DNA of 63,996 nt, filler included, from Gonapodya sp. JEL0774 (lineage: Eukaryota): assembly GCA_027604505.1 (NCBI GenBank). It is 14 parts of 14 records of this genome, joined end to end, with 100 filler letters (N's around TTAATTAATTAA, not from the genome) between each part and the next. Parts side by side here need not be neighbours in the genome. Positions count along the whole stretch, not along the records: positions 1 to 4,545 come from JADIIX010000926.1; positions 4,646 to 9,187 come from JADIIX010000927.1; positions 9,288 to 13,829 come from JADIIX010000928.1; 11 more parts are not named here. The stretch is one strand, 5' to 3'. Shown piece after piece: positions 1 through 12,313 of the stretch. Every line of letters starts with the position of its first letter. Within the stretch, counting starts at the first letter, position 1. The notes beneath the pieces were generated by a model, which ran no database searches, was not told where the DNA came from, and was given only the letters and a program-made list of their open reading frames with translations. The translations under genes were made by a program, and so were the position numbers.

Positions 1-27
1 AAAAGAGAGAAGATGCACCAAGTCACT

Positions 28-2816
28 TATGAAGAAAGGAAACTACGTATCCGGGGTGATAGCTGCTGAATCATCAGACTGATGGCCTGATTTCTCTTTG
101 TTCCTCTGGGAAACATACAACCATGCAAGATACATAGATACATAAATCACGAAAGCGACAAGAGCAGTGCATGATCTATGCAACAGAGCCTGCCGTGGGT
201 CCTCTCACATCACCAGAACGTCGAGATCCATCCCCGAGCCCCTCCACAGGGCGACCAGATACGGCTCGCATTGCCAGCAAAGAGCCAACTGGCGAGCCCG
301 TCTTGTCATTTCGTCCAAAAATGAGATGAGGATCGGAATTGATGCTGCTGGCTGGAGCTTGCAGCACAGGACCTGCCGACTCGAGGCGCACGCTCCGCCC
401 TGAGAACACTGGTTGACCAACCGCAATTCGCAGGCAGTCACTATAGAATTGAGTTAATATGCGTAAATAATTCAAGTGCTCTGAATGAAAATGAGACAAA
501 CCCACAGGGGCACGAGTCCAGACTGGTCCGTGTCTACATTCATTCCCCACGCCCATCCATCTCTGAACGCAGTACGGAGCTTGAAATGATCACCAACGCG
601 CAGTTGGACCTCATCCGCCATCACAGGTACAAACTGATGATTGCAACGTGTGGGTTGAAAGAAACTCTAAGCTGAGGTCAAGGATGACGAAACTCACAGG
701 ATACTCGACGGAAAAAACTGGCGTGTCCGCTGGAAGATTAGTACTAATGTGTTGCTCTAAAGGTGGTCCCACAAGAAAAGAATATGCCCAGTGGGGTGGC
801 TTTCGAAAGTGAGATCAAATGTTAACAAACCTCAACCGTCGGTCACGGGTGTGCTTCTCAGCGTACCTCAGGGTGATGTCCTGCCACAATGCGAGTGTTC
901 CCACTATGCCCATGGGATCCCCCAGATGGGTCGTGCGCTGAATTTTGTTTCGGTGCAAATCAAATGTCGTCGGTACAGACCGCGCCACGAGGTTCGCCGC
1001 TGACTCACCGACCAGACCTGTAGAAAGTGTTGTACCCAGGGAACGGAGAGTCTCACGAGATGACATTGCCTTTGCCGAAGTCGTGCTGGTCATGGTGATC
1101 TTACCTGGAAGTGAATGCGGTTCAGCGGGAAGAGGGAGTGGAGCGGACCAGTCCGCCTGCTGGAAACGTGAAAGAATCGATAGATCGGTGGGTGGCGCGA
1201 GTGGAAGCTGGGAAGAAGTAGTTTTGCTGGGTTTTGAAGTCGGTTGTGAATAAAAGCACGGCCAAAAGAGACAGCCTCACCAGTGGTTGAAGTGTGGTCG
1301 CAGTAGAACCGACAGACTCGAGTGACGATACCGCTTTGGGGAATACAGTGGAACGCGATGTCAGGTCGGCCTACGAAGGCCAGACTTCGGTCAGTCGAGG
1401 ACCCTTTATACAAAAGACATGGTCAATCTAGATACTCACCTCGTAGGATGGTGGTACACTACTCATCATGGTCGTCATTGATCTCGCTTGTAATGTGTCG
1501 TCGACTGTTATCATAGTGCGAGAAAAAGGTTCGAAATTGAGAGGATCACGGGGCAAACAGATTTTGGAATGGATTGGGTTGGGTAGGGAAGGTTTTGCTT
1601 CGCTAGAGTCCACGTCAGCTGAGAACAGACCAAATAGACACAGATGACGTTGGCATGTTGGCGCAGCACTGATGTCCATCAACTTACCTGGCTTGTTGCC
1701 TACTCCAAATGTAGTTCGCCGCCGACGGAAGAGAAACAAAAGTAGAGCGACACCCAGTGCAATCGCAGTGACACCTCCCACTGTGCCGCCTGCTATGACA
1801 CCTACGTTGGACGATTCACCTTCTGGGGTGGGGTTGCTTGTTGGAGAAATGGTCGCAAGAGCCGAGGTGGAAGATGTAGTGTGCGGACCCGCCGCAGACA
1901 CTGAAGACGGGAGTGAGGTAGAAGGTTGAGGTACAGCGGTTGTGGTGGGTGCAAGCGGGGATGTCGTGGATGTACTCGTGGTGGTGACGACCGTGGTCGT
2001 GCTTCCTGAGAGGGAGGCGAACGGACGCCAACTCTCTTGAGTGGCGAAAAAGTGTACAAGTACAATTTACTCACTTGCTAAATTGCAAACTGTGCCATTC
2101 CAGACAAAACCAGCGAAACATTCTGTTCGCACAGCGATAAACATATTCAGAGTACTGGCTGACAATCCTGAGAAAACATTCCTCGGTACGTTCAATCATC
2201 TCACCAACGGCACATGTCCCAGCATTGCAATATGGGAATCCAAAGACGGCATTCTGAGGATAAAGAGTTTGGCAGTTCGTGCACAGAGATCCGCACTAGG
2301 AATAGTACCCCATCCAGAGAACCGATTAGAGCAGTCCGCTTGGGTGCAGAGAAGCAAAACGGCACAACTACGGACCGTGACATCGTCGTTGTCAGGATCC
2401 CGACACTCTCCGCTCACAGTTGGTTCAATCGCAGTGCACCGAGATGTCCAAAGCGGGGACGGACAAGCGGTACAGGAGGTGTTGCTAGCAGTACACGAAG
2501 CACTAGAAAGAAGCGTAAGCGTTCTGATTCGAGGTTCCTTGGTTGAAACCGGGGAAACTTGGCTTACGCGAAACATGTTGCAGATCCTGCACAGACTGAG
2601 TACGTGAGAGGGATGCAAGTGCCGCCGAAGGGTTGAAGATGCGTCCCACAGCTATTCTGGAATGGATAGATATACGCTTCTACGACGCTGGAAGCTAGAG
2701 CGTCAGAGACGTTTAGAAGGAGCATTGCAAACTTCTTGTGCCCGCCATCACGACGGGTAAGGAATCGCACCGAGGACAAAGCTGACACAGAGTATCAAAC
2801 GGCGGGCACGATACAT
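28..2816 (-). CDS. Multi-exon type I membrane protein: signal peptide, Cys-rich ectodomain, Ser/Thr stalk, TM, cytoplasmic SH3 (3' end approximate)
   Basis: Signal-like MYRARRLILCVSFVL|ASSVVEA; Cys-rich exons (CGSLCTNCQTLYPQNAVFGFPYCNAGTC); TM VGVIAGGTVGGVTAIALGVALLLFLF-RRRR; SH3-like CNHQFVPVMADEVQLRVGDHFKLRTAFRDGWAWGMNVDTDQSGLVPL at ~505-650. Confidence 0.7.
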
Positions 2817-3115
2817 CCCGATGGAAAAGTCAACGATGCCCGTTATCGTCGACTATTCAGGGATAGGTTTTTACATGGAACCTCTTACTCTGGTGAGTTG
2901 GACCCTCACAATAGATCACACCTCAAGGACTTGGAAAGAATGAAACGAAGGCAATGGATTGATTTCTCATTGTGTGCTTCATGCAGGAAGTGACGTTGGC
3001 CGATGTTAGAGTGAGAAATCCACTGCGCGGATCCACTTTTAAATACGAACTCCTTATGTACAACCCCAAGAAACCAATAGGTCTGGAGTGCATGCAAACA
3101 GTGCATTCAGTGCAC

Positions 3116-4162
3116 TTAAGCGGTGTTTCGGAGGACTCTTCTCTCCGCTAGATACTCCACCACTTCTCGTCGTTGATTGTACAGCCTCTCCTGAACCCCA
3201 TCCGACAATCTGTTTCCATCCACTGTACCTCCCTTCTCTTCAAAAACGTCCAACACAGCACCAAGAGTCCGCATGTCTGAACACTCGATTAATGCCGTCT
3301 CCGCATCCTCGATCCCGAGGGGCAGACCAGCCTTCAGAAGTATCCGCACCGCCTCTTCCCTATTCCTCGCCCTGACCAAGTTCTTGAATATTGTGGACGC
3401 TAGTTCGTGCCAGCGAGGGTCCCCTCGGAGTCCGTATGCGTCCTGGCGCGCCAAAAGTGTGATAATGGCGTGTGTCTGGAACTCCTCACCAGCGGTGCGA
3501 GCGTAGTATCCAGGGTGCAGAGCTGCGAACAGATACCATTCGAGTTTGAACCAGAAGTCGGGGTGGGAGCGTAGTCCAGAAGGTGTGTTGGTGCTGCATA
3601 GGGTAGAGGCGATCGGCTCGGTAGGAGCGGGGTAGGGCGGTGCATTCAAGAACAAAGCATCGAAAAGAGTGAAATGCCAATCGGCGACAGCGGCTTGGAT
3701 TATCAGAGAGAGGCCTCTAGCCGACAGTGTGGTTGCAAGGTCTCCCAAGGACGCGAGAAGTGACAGCGCCAGTTGGTCCTGACTATGCCGAAGCGCGCAC
3801 GCGAAGAGCGACGCGGAGGAAAGTTCACCGACAGTGTATTTTCTTCTCGACATGTCCTCCCTGGATGGTGGATTCCCAAGCTCGTATTTCAAGCATAACC
3901 TGACGTAGTCTTTGTCCAACTGCAGAAAAACGTCAAGAATCTCTCTTCTCCCGCCCACAATCTCGCATCGTATTGCAGATGCCAAGTCCCCGCCAGCCCT
4001 TCGCAGAGCTCTGCTTCGAATCACGTAGGGATCGGCGAACAGTGATCGAGCACGGCGGGACGAGAGAGCGGAAGTGGGCAGGCCGAGACGGTGTCGGGTA
4101 AAAAAGGAGGCCAGGTGCGATTGAATCTCGAACGGCAGTGAAAAGAGTGGAAACGAATCCAT
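3116..4162 (-). CDS. Intronless F-box-like protein with degenerate ankyrin-like helical C-terminus
   Basis: N-terminus LFSLPFEIQSHLASFF..RLGLPT matches the N-terminus of the F-box-ankyrin gene at 35875; ankyrin-like fragments REEAVRILLKAG and RREVVEYL. Confidence 0.6.
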   Translation of the reverse strand: MDSFPLFSLPFEIQSHLASFFTRHRLGLPTSALSSRRARSLFADPYVIRSRALRRAGGDLASAIRCEIVGGRREILDVFLQLDKDYVRLCLKYELGNPPSREDMSRRKYTVGELSSASLFACALRHSQDQLALSLLASLGDLATTLSARGLSLIIQAAVADWHFTLFDALFLNAPPYPAPTEPIASTLCSTNTPSGLRSHPDFWFKLEWYLFAALHPGYYARTAGEEFQTHAIITLLARQDAYGLRGDPRWHELASTIFKNLVRARNREEAVRILLKAGLPLGIEDAETALIECSDMRTLGAVLDVFEEKGGTVDGNRLSDGVQERLYNQRREVVEYLAERRVLRNTA

Positions 4163-4404
4163 CCTCGTTCTGTTTCCCGTCAGGGAACATGCTTCAACAC
4201 CTTGCCGGCAGAACACCCGCTGGACGCGGAAATGTTCACACGTCCTAGTTTCCAGATCTCGAGATTTCTTATAGAATTAATTTAAAGAATTCGAAATTGA
4301 TTGGGATACATACTATCCTCGCGTACTCGGAAGCTTATGTAATCTCGGCATATCTGGCAGACCGAATTATCCCAAGTTTCCTCAGAACAGACCCCAATCT
4401 CGAC

Positions 4405-4545
4405 ATGAATTCGCCCAAGAATACTCCCGAGTCAGAGACCGACGCCAAGGATTCGGAACCACCTCTTGTGAAGGTCTCGGATGCTCTTTCCATCGACTTG
4501 GACATCGGGAATGCTTCCGATCTTCCACAGGAGTACAAACTATAT
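4405..4545 (+). CDS. 5' fragment of a gene truncated by the contig end, possibly an MFS transporter
   Basis: MNSPKNTPESET...LPQEYKLY runs into the spacer; YKLY precedes TM1 in some FLVCR-like MFS proteins (weak). Confidence 0.3.
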
Positions 4546-4645
4546 NNNNNNNNNNNNNNNNNNNNNNNNNNNNNNNNNNNNNNNNNNNNTTAATTAATTA
4601 ANNNNNNNNNNNNNNNNNNNNNNNNNNNNNNNNNNNNNNNNNNNN
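4546..4645. other. Artificial contig spacer (first of 13)
   Basis: N44-TTAATTAATTAA-N44. Identical spacers at 9188-9287, 13830-13929, 18471-18570, 23109-23208, 27744-27843, 32371-32470, 36994-37093, 41609-41708, 46220-46319, 50824-50923, 55427-55526, 60020-60119. Confidence 0.99.
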
Positions 4646-5408
4646 TTACTCAGATCCACTCTCTGGAAACCTCATTTATACTGTACACTGTCCGGAAGAC
4701 AACGCTGGAGCCTGGGTTCTGATGCAATGCAAACTTCCAGCTGAGGGAGACGATCCAGACTGGCTTCCATATGAAGACCTCCCAAGTGAATCAAGTCGTT
4801 TGTCGAAGCACGTGGAAGATTGGGGAGCTCCAAAATCCGTTGTGAATGCGGTTCGTTTTGCGAAGCGCATCACTCCCATTCACATGTCCGACGTTCCAGA
4901 CATGCCGACACTTCATAAGGTGCGTAAAGCAATGAGTTACCAACAAAACTTTATTTTCTTGATATCAATCTGTACATCTTGCACGTTTTGATCAACCTAG
5001 GGCCGTGTGATCTTCATTGGTGATGCTGGACACGGCACTCTCCCGACGCAAGGCCAAGGTCTCTGCCAACCCATTGACGACTGCGACGTCCTCCATGAAC
5101 TTCTCATCAATTTTCCGGACTTTGCCGATGGTTCTTACCCCACCGTATTCAAACTCTACGACGAGATTCGCCTCCCACGAGTGCACTTTGTCGCCGCTCA
5201 GTCTCGTGCCATTATGGGACACTTGACCGCTTCCAACTACATTCAGAGCCGAGTAGATCGCTTTATTTTCAGAGCCATTTTGGGAGTGAAGAATGGGCTG
5301 TCTTTGAATGATGCAACCTTCGGGTACAATACTGGGAAGGACGTGACAAAGGCGCTGGAAAAGTACAGGAAGAAACAAGGAAACAACAAAGTCGCTGTTG
5401 CTGCGTGA
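4646..5408 (+). CDS. FAD-dependent monooxygenase (FAD_binding_3 type), C-terminal part
   Basis: GRVIFIGDAGHGTLPTQGQGLCQPIDD matches the GDAAH..P..GQG fingerprint; intron ~4920-5000; YDEIRLPRVHFVAAQS. Confidence 0.85.
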
Positions 5409-5713
5409 GGAAACTGGGAGTGACAAGACCCCAAGCCGATTGGGCTGAAGAATCGGACCTTGCATCGTTCTCGCTTGGCCGACCTTGCGGAGAATGTAAA
5501 GCTCTGTCTCTCTATTTATGTAATTGCAGGCGACAATTGCACTTTTATTGAAGATTTGTCTCATTGAATCCAACATATAACAAAATGTGGTTGAACCATT
5601 TCCTTAGCAATGGTTGTGTGCCATTGGTTGCGACGCGAATCAATTATGGTGTACTTTGTGGCCTTTAAATACAACAGTATCATACCCAGGGTATCACTAT
5701 TCATTTCTACAAT

Positions 5714-8700
5714 TTACTGCGTGTGTGCATGCAAAACCTTGCAAAGTTCCAACACGGCCGCTCCGCCAGGTAAATGTTCAAAGCCTTCCAAAGAACCAGA
5801 CACCACCTGCCAAGTCTGAGCACCAACACTACATGCACACGTCAGAAGATTGCTCGAGAAAACTCCACACAAGAAACTGAATCACTTACTCGGCCAGAGC
5901 TTTCAGTTCCTCTCGATCATCTCTCGCCCTCCCCTTGATCCTAGCCACCTGGCTGGCCTCGAACGCCAGCGCATTCTCAAGAAATAGCAAACCACGAACA
6001 TAAGCACTGCTTCCGCCATTATTCTCACCCTGCACCCTTGGTGCTGACGGAGCTGCGTCAGCCAATTCTTTTGTGCGAAGTGCGACATTGGCAATACAAT
6101 CACCAAATCCTGACAACGAAAACGGCCCGGCATTTGATGCGAGAGAAAGAATCGTAGTAACGCCCGGAGCTCCAGCGAGGCTACGAAGAGTGGCGGCGAT
6201 ATTGCACATCGATGCAAAGAGAAAGTCTTCCACAATGGCCAGGAGGTTGTCAGGACTTCTTCGCTTTTCGTCGCGAGAGATTGCGTTCACTAATGCGGCA
6301 AACGTATTAGGGTGGCCGATGATATCGGAGCATTTATGAAGAAGATTCAGAGACGCTGTAACGTAACCAGCGAAGAGTTCCTTCCCGGCAGGAGCAAGTT
6401 CCACTTGACTGGATTCAATTTGCCAGGAAAGCTGACATAGCACATCGGTGATCTAATGTCCAAAGAAACGATATTTCAAACGTCATGCGATGTGTGGGCA
6501 GCGCACAATAACTCGACCCACACCCACAATTTTGAGTTCCTTGGCTCCACGCAACGTCAGAGCATCACCCATAATGGATTGCATGCAAAAAAGCGTGGGT
6601 TGCCGGGAGACTACCAGGAAATTTATCCCAAACTCATGCGTGCTGGTACGTCGTCCCAAAGTGTTGAGCAACGCTGAAACAATCTCCAGTATTGCGCACC
6701 AAGCCTCTACCAAAATGACGTTGTATTGTGAGACAAAATCGAAGCACGTCCTCGCTAATGTCAGACGCACCGTGCAGTTCGTTTGGTTCACCATCCGGTC
6801 TATATGGCATTGCTTTGCCTCCAATTATTCGAGACATCAGGGCATTATCTACAAGGCTGGACAGAAGACCAATCCCGTGCATATACAAGCCCGCCCTGTT
6901 GCGCCGAACGAGCACCTCAACTGTTTGCAGAAGGACCAACTGAAAAGCAAATCAAAAACATCAGTGAATTCAGACTGTATCCCTACATTGAGGGGCGAGA
7001 GATACCAACGACAATATTCGGTCGGAACTGTTGTTGAACGATATGTTCTGTGGTCAAGAGATCCACGCACAATTGAAGAATTCCTTCATTAGCGATGTCT
7101 TCAAACAAAATGGTGCTAAAGACCCCTTCATCGGCGGCAGATACAACCTCCGTGAAAATTGTAGCGAGGAGAACTGTCTCCAAAACTGCGACCTTGCTTT
7201 CGAAGTTCCTCAGAGACGGAAGACCTCGTGCCAGCTTCTTCACAATTGCACGAAATGTTGCGATACTATCAGAAATAACTTTTTCCCTCAACTGCAGCTC
7301 CAGTTTGGGAACCTGCTTGAAAGTCTCAAGAAGTGAGCCTAGTAAGTGTAGTCGTAAGTTCTGACTCGTGCGATCCGTGGAGAAAGCCAAAGGCACAGCT
7401 AGTTTTGACAGCTGTGGAAGGAATTTGACTGGATCTGCCCTCGGTGCCAATGCGGACAGAACTTCTGCAAGCGCAGTGTTGTGGCCGATGCTCATCCGTG
7501 CTTGGATATTTCGAACAGACTCCGAAGTATCATCGCCGCTACTTGGTACTATCATCGCATCATGAACATTTTGTGTTAAACCCGCAGTGTTCCATTCTTT
7601 CCCTTTAAAGTCAGAGGCAAAGGCCAACACCTGCACAAGCTTGCCCCACCACTTGACTGTCTTTCCAGATGCATCCGTCAGTGCGAGATTCTCATTCACA
7701 AGTCTGCATTTCCTGATTAAGTCCTTCCTTCCGTTGAGTTTATGGTGCATGAGACCTGTGTCATATGCGTATGATATCTCAATATCCCACTCAATATCTG
7801 ATCCCTGCTGATAGCCCGGTCGAATGAAGGCATCCAAATTGATAGCATTTCTGTCACTTCCTGCTTCCTGTTTTAGATTGATTACAGCTAGAGGATCATA
7901 TGGAAATCTGATGAGGTAACTGAACCAACTTTTGATGGGATTACCTCCTGTAACCATGCCTTCTAGCAGGCGCTGAACCGGGCTCCTCCGAAGGTTATTC
8001 TTAGCTCTCAAATCACGCTTCAGCGAAGCGGTTCTTTCCGCAGCAAATACCTCGCTTGCGAGAATGGCGAAGACTTGTGCGCAGATGATGACAAAGAACA
8101 CGACCTGCCGATTAATGAAAGCCGTCCCAATTCGGAAACTAGTGATAATAGCTTCCACTTCATATAGAGGTCCCAGCAGAGACTCCCAAAAAGAGTTATC
8201 TTCTCTCAACTCCAACACAACCGCAGGGTATTCCAACCAAAGGCTCGCGACAAAGGATAGGGCAGCTGCAAATGTAGCGACTCCTTTTTCCAGAGAATAT
8301 TTCCAATTCTGAACCATTTCCTTGATGAGAGCGACCAACTGAAATCTGCACTACCGACGGTTACCAGTCCACCTAATTCAAATAGTGAGGCAGCATACTT
8401 ACTGGGATTGATCTCCTGTTGTCTTTTCTACCTTCAAAAAAACGGCCGCCAGTCCAACTTGATCTTGAATACATCCTTCAAGGAATCGCCAAACTTCAAA
8501 CTGCAGGCGTTTATCCTCGTCAGGATCCTCGAGCAATTTTACAATGCTGGCAGCAAATGTGTCGGTGTAGTCTCCTAGACAGGCAACAAACGAAACGCTG
8601 CCTCCTACAGATCCAATGGGGTGCGCGGCCACGGTCTGAAGTAAAGCCGTCAGGATCCTAGCTGATAACGTTCGTACGCGCTCATCAAGGGTTTCCGAGA

Positions 8701-9187
8701 CCAACATGCGCGCTAGTGCCGGAATCGCCTTACTTTCGATGTCCACGAGCGTCCTTTCGAGAAGGGAAAAGATACCCGGAGATGCCATTTGATTCCACCG
8801 CAGTAGGTTTAGAGTCACCGTGAGCGTCGAGAGCAATAGTCCTTCAAGTTCTGGTGCATCTTCTCTGACCTCAGACTTGACTTCAGCGGAAGTCCACGTT
8901 TCTGCACCAGCCCTGATAATGGAGACGATGGCTTGGACGGTTGCAGAGGAGCTCCGAGAGCCAATGAAGACATCCAACAAGCTCGAGTGAAGTGAACAGA
9001 GAGCCATCTGATAGGCCTCAAATGGACTGGACGGTTTACCGGAATCCTTCTTTTGCCCTGTTATCCACAATGTTGTATCATCCAGCACCACTCCTATGAT
9101 GGTCAAAATTCTTGACATTATTGCGAGACGGTGAACAACATTCCCGTCTCTGAGACGAGAGTACCCCACCAGCAATGTTGTGGCATA
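5714..9187 (-). CDS. NUP188: Nucleoporin Nup188, C-terminal portion (multi-exon, 5' truncated)
   Basis: FLEGCIQDQVGLAAVFLKVE and AAALSFVASLWLEYPAVVLELREDNSFWESLLGPLY parallel the Nup188 motifs QPGLIELFLNLE and AAIAFLHALW...FWENLTSPLF; long helical ORFs 8399-9175, 6983-8338, 5886-6443. Confidence 0.75.
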
Positions 9188-9287
9188 NNNNNNNNNNNNN
9201 NNNNNNNNNNNNNNNNNNNNNNNNNNNNNNNTTAATTAATTAANNNNNNNNNNNNNNNNNNNNNNNNNNNNNNNNNNNNNNNNNNNN

Positions 9288-9930
9288 GTGTGGGGCGTGG
9301 GCCATTCGACGGCGAGAGAAGATGAAGCCAGTCCATGACAAAATCCTTTGCACTCTGTAAAACGGCCCACTTGACGTAGGAATGTCAGCATTGCCTTGCT
9401 CGAGCGGCATTGTCCAGAGTCAAATGGACCGACCATGACGGGTCAGCCAACCTCAAGCGGTTATGGCGGAGCAATTCCGTGATTGCTTTTCCTCATGAGA
9501 AATGGCGGGTTTTGTAGAAATGGTGGAATCAACTGTTTCTGAATGATCATTCTGATGAGTGATGCTGCACTCATTAGTTCCCACACACAGACTCCTCAGA
9601 TCGACCATGTGGGAATCGTGTATGACCTGTCAGTTGGAGCGTGGGGGACTGCGGGGAACTTCGGGAACAACCGTGGAGCCGAGAATAGATGGTACAAAGG
9701 CTCAAGCTCTGATAGAGGCCGTGGTGAAGGGTGAGTTTGGTGCTGCGACGATGCAAACCGGTCTGCCCTTCAATTTATTCACTTGTTCTGCTAATTTCAC
9801 ATTTAGAAAATTCTTGATAATCTTTTACTTCTTCTTGATCGAGTGCATTCTAGTTATGAGAAGGCGAATAATTCTGCTGAGAAGCGACGGTGACTTTGAT
9901 TTACATGAAGTACTAAGCGCATTCCAATGA
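9288..9930 (+). CDS. 3' exons of an unidentified protein with two CxxC motifs
   Basis: Splicing gives ECQHCLARAAL...LLRSTMWESCMTCQLE...SDGDFDLHEVLSAFQ*; family not recognised. Confidence 0.3.
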
Positions 9931-10142
9931 CGCACGACGAAAAACCTCATCTAGTCGTCAAAATCTGTCAGTAGCACATATTGGATTCAGCCATACACGA
10001 AGATGTGCTAGACGGTTACCCTGACCGACACTGTCATTGACAACTTTCCATTGCCCAAATTCTTGCTGATGTCCTTTGGCTTCCGTCAGATGAATAGAAA
10101 CCGAGGTATTGAATATTCTACACATGCTCCCTAAGGTGATGA

Positions 10143-12313
10143 TCACAATACTTTCCTCACTTCAGGCAACTCCCGCATATTCACTGTCACGATCTCCATC
10201 CAACCCCCGCCCTCTCCTTGATCCATTTCCCAGCTGCGATCATCATCATCTCCTAGATTGAGGTCAAACTTCCCACGTGGTGGTGAACGTTCTTGGGTCG
10301 TATTCGAAAGGGTGGGTTTTGTCCAGGCCTCAAGTTGGAGGACAGTGACGGACGTGGGCTGGTCGTACGCAAGTACGTGGGCTTCCTGTTAGAGGAAAAT
10401 AGTCAGATCGCTCGCAAATTCCGATGCCATTAACAACAAACCTTCCAATCTCCCATTTTCGGCGAATAATCTTCACCCATCTCAAACTGTCGAAATGCTA
10501 CGAGATCTCCAACCCGAGGTGGGCGACGAACGGGATCGAGTTGGGGCAGACGAGCGTATTGACGGACGGGCTTTGGATGTTGAAACGGAGGTGTCTCTGC
10601 AGAGACCGACGACTTCCTCGGGTGATGGGGCTCGCTGTACGTGGAATCGGAGGAGACAGTAGGAATGTGTGCCACACCGTTGCCATTGGTAAAGGGTAGT
10701 CCATCGACTGCGGGTAACGCAGACAGGGTAGGTGCGGTCGCAGAGACAACGGTCACCTGTCTGACAGGCTCTTGTGCACTTGGCTCTGCACCGTTGCTCT
10801 CATTGTCATCCGTGTCGCTTTCGTCTTCCTTTGTTCCATCCCTATTTTCCTTCGTGGTCTCGTCACCGGACGGTCCCGCACGCTTCCGTTTACGACCCCG
10901 ACGGGTGCGCTTCCGTTTCACCACTGGAGGGGAAGGAAGAGTTGATGATGGGAGTGCATCAGATTTTAGGACTGTCGTGTTTGACGAAGCACTATTCTGA
11001 CTCTCGAACAACACAGGTTCTCCCTTTCCGCGTACCGATTCTGACATTCGCTCTCCTCCAGCATCACAAGCATTGTTCTCTTTACTCTCACTGTTGCCTT
11101 CCTCATCCACGATTCTTCTGCTTGATGTCACTTCAACACCAGGAGCTGCCAAATCCGCAGTTGTGCCAGCCTTGGTGGAGCGCCGCCGGCTCCTCTTTCT
11201 TTTCCGTTTTTGCTGCAGAGACTCCGTTATCCCAAGTGTTCCGCCCTCCTGCGCTGAGACTTCCGCAAGTGCCTTCGCAGCGCCAATAGCATCGCCATCA
11301 ACCACGCCAGTCTCTCCCACCATCTCATGCAAGTACGGCACGAAACCAGCTTGTGTGATCGCTTGCACAGGCGTGACGCCACGAGAATCCCACCATTCAT
11401 CGTACAGGTACACCTTTCTCGCCACAAGGGTATGAACAGGATCTGGAGGACCCGAGGGAGCCCTCTCCTCGGCCTCACTGCCAGCAAACCCGGATCCAGA
11501 AGGAGCTACAGTCGTTGGAGCTGCTGAGGCGTCCTCGTCAAATCTCATGTGAGTGGGTCCACCCTTGCGAAGTAAGAGCGCTGCTTGGCGGCGTTTGGGG
11601 CCAGAAAGGGACAGTGGAGCAGAAAGGGGTCGTTGAGGTGATGCAGTCGGTCGGCTCCCAGTTTGTGCGACTATGGCAGTGGGCGCTAGGGGAAGTGAAC
11701 TCGATGGCGATGTGGAGGCAGGCACGGGAGCTTGACTAGGCTTCGGGGCTTCATCCTCCGACTCCGAATCGGATAACGAAGACTCGGTGTCAGACGAATC
11801 AGATGACGCCGAAGTAGCCGTAGTCGTGGTTTCGGATTGTACGACATTCTTTACAACGCCTTTCGGTTGGCCAACAGCTCCACTGTTTTTCTTGTTTCTG
11901 TCATCGGCGGAGACATCAGAGGATGAGCCCGACGATGATGAATCTGCGTCATCTTCTGCAGAGGAGGAAGAAGACGATGATGATGAAGAGGATGACGACT
12001 CCTCGCTCTCGCTCTCGGATTCGGATGAAGACGAGCTGTCCACATCGTCGCTGTCAGACCCCAGTTCAGGCCTCTGTTTGGCGTTTTCTCCACTTTTAAC
12101 CACCAGATTCAGTTGATTTGACATCCCAGTCACAGTTCCATCATTGACAACATCGGACCTCTCCAACAGCTCCGTGTCCAAAAACGCTCCCACGGACATT
12201 GAGACTTTTCCGGGCAGGCGGCGAGGGCGGCGATGCCGTTTGCGATTACGAGGGCCGGAGGAAGTTCGAGAGTTGTGGTTGACGTTTGAAGTAGGTTGGG
12301 GATTTGAAGACAT
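10143..12313 (-). CDS. Coilin-like protein: long acidic/Ser-rich and basic disordered region plus C-terminal Tudor-like domain
   Basis: YARLPQLDPVRRPPRVGDLVAFRQFEMGEDYSPKMGDWK | intron 10386-10441 | EAHVLAYDQ...PRGKFDL...IVTVNMRELPEVRKVL* matches the coilin C-terminus (P.VG..IAF...E....YSP.V.D.KE; GKFDL; V.W.EL..PR). Confidence 0.7.

Noticed and set aside
4590..4601. TTAATTAATTAA recurring every ~4.6 kb, like a spaced repeat or CRISPR-type array
   Set aside because: Always embedded in N44 runs; it is an artificial six-frame-stop linker.
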